Source: a virus
Lineage: Duplodnaviria > Heunggongvirae > Uroviricota > Caudoviricetes
Strand: one strand, 5' to 3'
DNA length: 37,252 nucleotides
IMG/VR virus record: IMGVR_UViG_3300046542_000259
In this document: in pieces, positions 34,060 through 37,252 of the stretch
Layout: every line of letters begins with the position of its first letter
Position numbering within the stretch: position 1 is the first letter of the stretch
Notes under the pieces: model-generated
The model's input: the letters and a program-made list of their open reading frames with translations, nothing else
What the model was told of the DNA's origin: nothing
Database searches by the model: none
Position numbers and translations under genes: made by a program

Positions 34060-34234
34060 TTGACACGACTCAATCATTTTCGTATAATTGAGGCACAGCA
34101 GCGGTTGGGGAACGGCGAACCTGCGCCATTTTTAAAACGGAACAAAACGTGAACAAAGACGGTACGAACGAATCAGGAACAGTGGAACAAAACGTGAACA
34201 AATTAAGGCAAGATTTTGTTCACGTTTTGTTCCA
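34060..34234 (+). promoter_or_regulatory. LexA-box cassette 8 with a cluster of five boxes
   Basis: TTGACA-17-TATAAT; motif 34103-34124; boxes at 34140, 34151 (GAAC-N7-GTAC), 34166, 34185, 34218 (reverse); 20-bp perfect inverted repeat 34183-34234. Confidence 0.9.
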
Positions 34235-34237
34235 GCG

Positions 34238-34385
34238 GTTTTTAAAAGTTTTTAAAAAATAAAATTATTTTGAAATTCTCGCGAAAAAATAAAAATTGAA
34301 AAATTCGCGCCAGAAAAAGTCAGAGTCTAAGATAAATAAAAAATGGGACAGCGAGATAAATAAAAATTGGACTCGCGAGATGAAA
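34238..34385. repeat. A-tract-rich block with short direct repeats
   Basis: Repeated A/T runs; AGATAAATAAAAA.TGG twice; TCGCG three times. Confidence 0.6.
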
Positions 34386-34753
34386 GCAGAAAGCCGCCAG
34401 CCATCATCAGGGAAGGAGACCTGAGAGGCATGGCGGCTCTAACAGTGGTGTTTCAGTTGATGAAAGGAGGAGAACATCAGACTGTTACGGGCCACTGTAT
34501 CCTAGAATGTTAAGCATCGACGCAGGACTTAACCAACGTAACTAGTTTTCGGGCCGCTAAGCCCTAGTGAGACTCGCACCTCACGCGCCGAAGATAGTTA
34601 GACGATCATTTATCTCTTCACCTAGAATGCAAGGATCACACTTAGTCGATGCTCCAAAACTTTCTTGATGCAGTTTTATCCATAGCGTCCAATTGATGAA
34701 GCGTTACGCACACGCTCGACTAAAACGTTCAACCGGAATATCGTCTTTCTATG
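34385..34753 (-). ncRNA. Candidate ~365-nt structured ncRNA with two 3' anti-Shine-Dalgarno-like hairpins
   Basis: No ORF; promoter TTGACA-17-CAATGT at 34759-34787; many stems; loops TTCTCCTCCTTT and TCTCCTTC; terminal GC stem plus U-rich tail. Confidence 0.6.
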
Positions 34754-34783
34754 AGCACACATTGACACAACATAATCGCTTTG

Positions 34784-34999
34784 TCAAGCGAAATGTTTGT
34801 CAATTCGTTTTGGTGCAAAATTAGGATCAAAACAGGTTTCCCCGGTAATCCTCTGAGACACGCGCTTGATGACGCAATGGTCCATATAAGGATTATCCTT
34901 GAAGAACGCCTGAGCCGCCATCTCTGGCGCTGTGTGGGCCTCTGTCACTTTGATGCCTCGTTGGGTGTAACCCGTGGCGATGAATTTGTTGTATCTCAT
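34784..34999 (-). CDS. Hypothetical protein
   Basis: AAGGAG RBS. Confidence 0.75.
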   Translation of the reverse strand: MRYNKFIATGYTQRGIKVTEAHTAPEMAAQAFFKDNPYMDHCVIKRVSQRITGETCFDPNFAPKRIDKHFA

Positions 35000-35160
35000 G
35001 GCATTCTCCTTTCCTAAATTTGTAAATGTTCAAAGATAAATTTCGTATCCTAGAAGTGAACCGGCAGTTAAATTTCCGTAGGGTCCCTCGATCTGAGCGA
35101 AATCTTTACGGGTCCCCGGAACGAAATTAACTCGCCTCCGACAAAGAGGCGAGTTATGGT

Positions 35161-35289
35161 TTAACCTTGGTACACAATGACGGCCTCTTTTTTCTCCACC
35201 GTCTTCATGAAATCCTTGATCCACAACGCGGTGTGGTGGTCCGTAGTTTTGGCAATTACTCTGCCATGCGCATTAATAACCTCATACAT
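35161..35289 (-). CDS. Hypothetical protein, 42 aa
   Basis: MYEVINAHGRVIAKTTDHH...; GGGAG RBS; downstream hairpin at about 35128-35156. Confidence 0.6.
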   Translation of the reverse strand: MYEVINAHGRVIAKTTDHHTALWIKDFMKTVEKKEAVIVYQG

Positions 35290-35384
35290 ATCTCTCTCCC
35301 CAAGTTACGACGCTGTACTAACTTACATATTAGGGGACTTTAATGTAATAATTTACCAGTGTCAAGTGTTATGTTAGAAAATGG

Positions 35385-35636
35385 TTAAGCAGCCATTTTC
35401 CAAGATTTTGAGAGAGACAGAATGGTGCGGCCCTTAGCGGAAGGCTCATACACGAGCTTGTGACGACCGCGAGTCGCGGCCTTGATCGCATCGGTAACGA
35501 CCTTCTTGGTCACGAGATAGCCAGCTTCAAGCAGCTGGACCTTATGGAAACGGGATACAGACGATTCGTCAGCTTCGATCTTGCGGAGCATAACTGCGAC
35601 TGCTTTGTTACCGTTGATTACGGGAGTGCGTGCCAT
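35385..35636 (-). CDS. Hypothetical basic protein (possible winged-helix)
   Basis: AAGGAG RBS; L.EAGYL..RGR..VY..S.KG pattern. Confidence 0.75.
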   Translation of the reverse strand: MARTPVINGNKAVAVMLRKIEADESSVSRFHKVQLLEAGYLVTKKVVTDAIKAATRGRHKLVYEPSAKGRTILSLSKSWKMAA

Positions 35637-35804
35637 TTCATATTCTCCTTTATTGTAGTTCCCTTTAGGGAAGTTCAAGTTGTGCCACTTTGGCGTTGAA
35701 GTTTGGTTCAGTTAGTCAGGGCGGTTCATTTCGTCTTTCAATAACTACAACTTAATCATTCTCTTACTTCATGTCAACACTTAAATTCATTTAAGTGGAG
35801 ATTT

Positions 35805-36125
35805 TTATCGATTGTACTCCGTTCCATACGCAGTGATGCGGGCCAAACCGTTATGTTCGTCAAAGATGTTGCCGCGAGCACCCTTAGCCGGGGTCTTCCA
35901 ACCAGCAGACTTCAGCACATTGCCGTTGGTCATGTCGATGAAACAGAAAACGCTCTGATCCTCGCCTTTCATATTCTGTTCCACTACCCGGATGAACTTC
36001 TTGCCTTCGGTATAGGAAAGGACCGGATTGAAGAATGCCTGATAACCGTTCTTCTCCGAGTAGATGCGGCGAATCTCAGTCGCACCGGCAAGGAAGGCTT
36101 TAAATCGTTCCGTGAAATTTTCCAT
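35805..36125 (-). CDS. Conserved-type phage protein (G..LK.A.WK.PAKGARGNI family)
   Basis: Motif FIDMTNGNVLKSAGWKTPAKGARGNI; AAGGA RBS. Confidence 0.85.
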   Translation of the reverse strand: MENFTERFKAFLAGATEIRRIYSEKNGYQAFFNPVLSYTEGKKFIRVVEQNMKGEDQSVFCFIDMTNGNVLKSAGWKTPAKGARGNIFDEHNGLARITAYGTEYNR

Positions 36126-36219
36126 CTTCGTGATCCTTCTGTTTTTTGTTTCTCTCTGATGATTAGAACTTACGTTTTCTTACATCGTATGTCAACAGTT
36201 ATTTTCAATTTTTATAGAA

Positions 36220-36396
36220 TTATTTTCCGTCTTCCGACTCTTCCTCAATCGGTTCAGCCCAAGCCAGATCAATCTCAATACCAAAATCCTTAGCTTCACT
36301 ATATGCCTTAACTACGCCACTATATTGGTGACGATTCCAGACGAAGCACTCAAAGACTTCGCCATTAGGCTTTCGGGCCATGATACGATAACGCAT
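36220..36396 (-). CDS. Hypothetical protein
   Basis: AAGGAG RBS. Confidence 0.7.
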   Translation of the reverse strand: MRYRIMARKPNGEVFECFVWNRHQYSGVVKAYSEAKDFGIEIDLAWAEPIEEESEDGK

Positions 36397-36411
36397 GATC
36401 AATACTCCTTC

Positions 36412-36612
36412 TCACCCAATCATGTTGACGGAATAAACTTCATAGCCATCGCGCTCCAAGCGTCGAGCGGCTTGATCGCGGTTCGTTGCACATACTTCAA
36501 AAGTTTTAGTGGTGAAGTCATTCGTGACGCGGCAATTCTTATCGGCGTAGACCGTGACATCATAAGCATGCTTGCCATTGCCCGTGGTGTAAGTGGTGCG
36601 GTCCGTGTTCAT
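36412..36612 (-). CDS. Hypothetical protein
   Basis: GGGAG RBS; own promoter. Confidence 0.75.
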   Translation of the reverse strand: MNTDRTTYTTGNGKHAYDVTVYADKNCRVTNDFTTKTFEVCATNRDQAARRLERDGYEVYSVNMIG

Positions 36613-36689
36613 TTGATAACTCCCTCTGTGTTTCTCTGATGATTAGTTATCTCATGTAAGAAAACGGATGTCAACGATTATTTTAATTT

Positions 36690-36914
36690 TTATCGCAACG
36701 AGTCTACCAAATCGTCTAGTTCATCCAGCGCTTTCCAAGTTGTCGTGATCGTGGTCTGGTCGTCATGGTCCAGCACTGTGACATCATCCCGCCCCGCCGC
36801 AGCGATTCTGAAATTCAGAGATTCCTCATATTCATCAAAGAGGAAGGAATGAAACAACGGAACGCCGTCGCCGCTACGATCTTCGATCCGAACTTTTACG
36901 ATGTAGATATCCAT
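36690..36914 (-). CDS. Hypothetical acidic protein
   Basis: GGGAG RBS; 1-nt gap after upstream gene. Confidence 0.75.
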   Translation of the reverse strand: MDIYIVKVRIEDRSGDGVPLFHSFLFDEYEESLNFRIAAAGRDDVTVLDHDDQTTITTTWKALDELDDLVDSLR

Positions 36915-36915
36915 A

Positions 36916-37122
36916 TTACTCTCCCTTCAAGATAAACAGATTTCGAAGACGCTCAACTTCAGCCACGCTTACATTGTAAATATAGGCACCAACCCTGACC
37001 TGACCACCTTTGGGCCAGCCATACTTTTTCTGCATCCCGGTAACACTTCCAGTCTTGTGAATACTACCTACTGCAAGGTTTACGCGGTTCTTGTTGGCTT
37101 CCTCTTCAGTGATGTAACGCAT
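36916..37122 (-). CDS. Hypothetical protein
   Basis: AAGGAG RBS before MRYITE; TTGACA promoter. Confidence 0.75.
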   Translation of the reverse strand: MRYITEEEANKNRVNLAVGSIHKTGSVTGMQKKYGWPKGGQVRVGAYIYNVSVAEVERLRNLFILKGE

Positions 37123-37252
37123 GGCGTTCTCCTTCGTTTCTTCGATGATCAAGTTATACGATGTAAGAAAACGGATGTCAATCATTACTTTCATTATTTT
37201 AAAAATTTAAATTATCCAACGAAACCAAGCACTTCAGTCATCTTTGTACCAG

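Noticed and set aside
17702-34234. Cassettes as simple hairpin sRNAs (left motif pairing with right motif)
   Set aside because: The two arms vary independently with non-compensatory mismatches while spacing to the LexA box is fixed, favouring a DNA-geometry or transcription-complex role; short RNAs may still be made
34405-34480. CsrB/RsmZ-like GGA-loop RNA on the plus strand
   Set aside because: The promoter and U-rich 3' tail point to the minus strand, only two loops exist, and rhizobia generally lack CsrA; not fully excluded

Overview
This is a segment of a large dsDNA tailed phage, almost certainly infecting an alphaproteobacterium (probably Rhizobiales). Host evidence is a two-piece permuted tmRNA, GAAC-N7-GAAC LexA boxes and a DUF1127 gene. 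Essentially all credible genes are on the minus strand. There are three blocks. (1) 1-3.3 kb: a tRNA/ncRNA cluster with tRNA-Pro, Ile and Met, a UCA-anticodon (opal) tRNA, a tRNA with an 8-nt anticodon loop, tmRNA, several stem-enclosed candidate ncRNAs, a DUF1127 protein and a Cys-less thioredoxin. (2) 3.3-16.5 kb: receptor-binding/depolymerase genes (three beta-helix tailspikes, two SGNH esterases each paired with a small YPFG-motif protein, one polysaccharide lyase), plus a free-standing GIY-YIG endonuclease and an exported trypsin-like protease. (3) 16.6-37.2 kb: a repeat-rich possible genome terminus followed by about 50 small early-type ORFs with many sigma70-like promoters. The most striking unexplained structure is a family of about 10 intergenic cassettes at 17.7-34.2 kb. 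In these, convergent sigma70-type promoters each fire through a conserved G-rich motif toward a central LexA box, at nearly invariant spacing (14 bp on one side, 10 bp on the other), and five of eight plus-strand promoters carry GAATC at a fixed spacer position. All calls were made by eye, without database searches or folding software.
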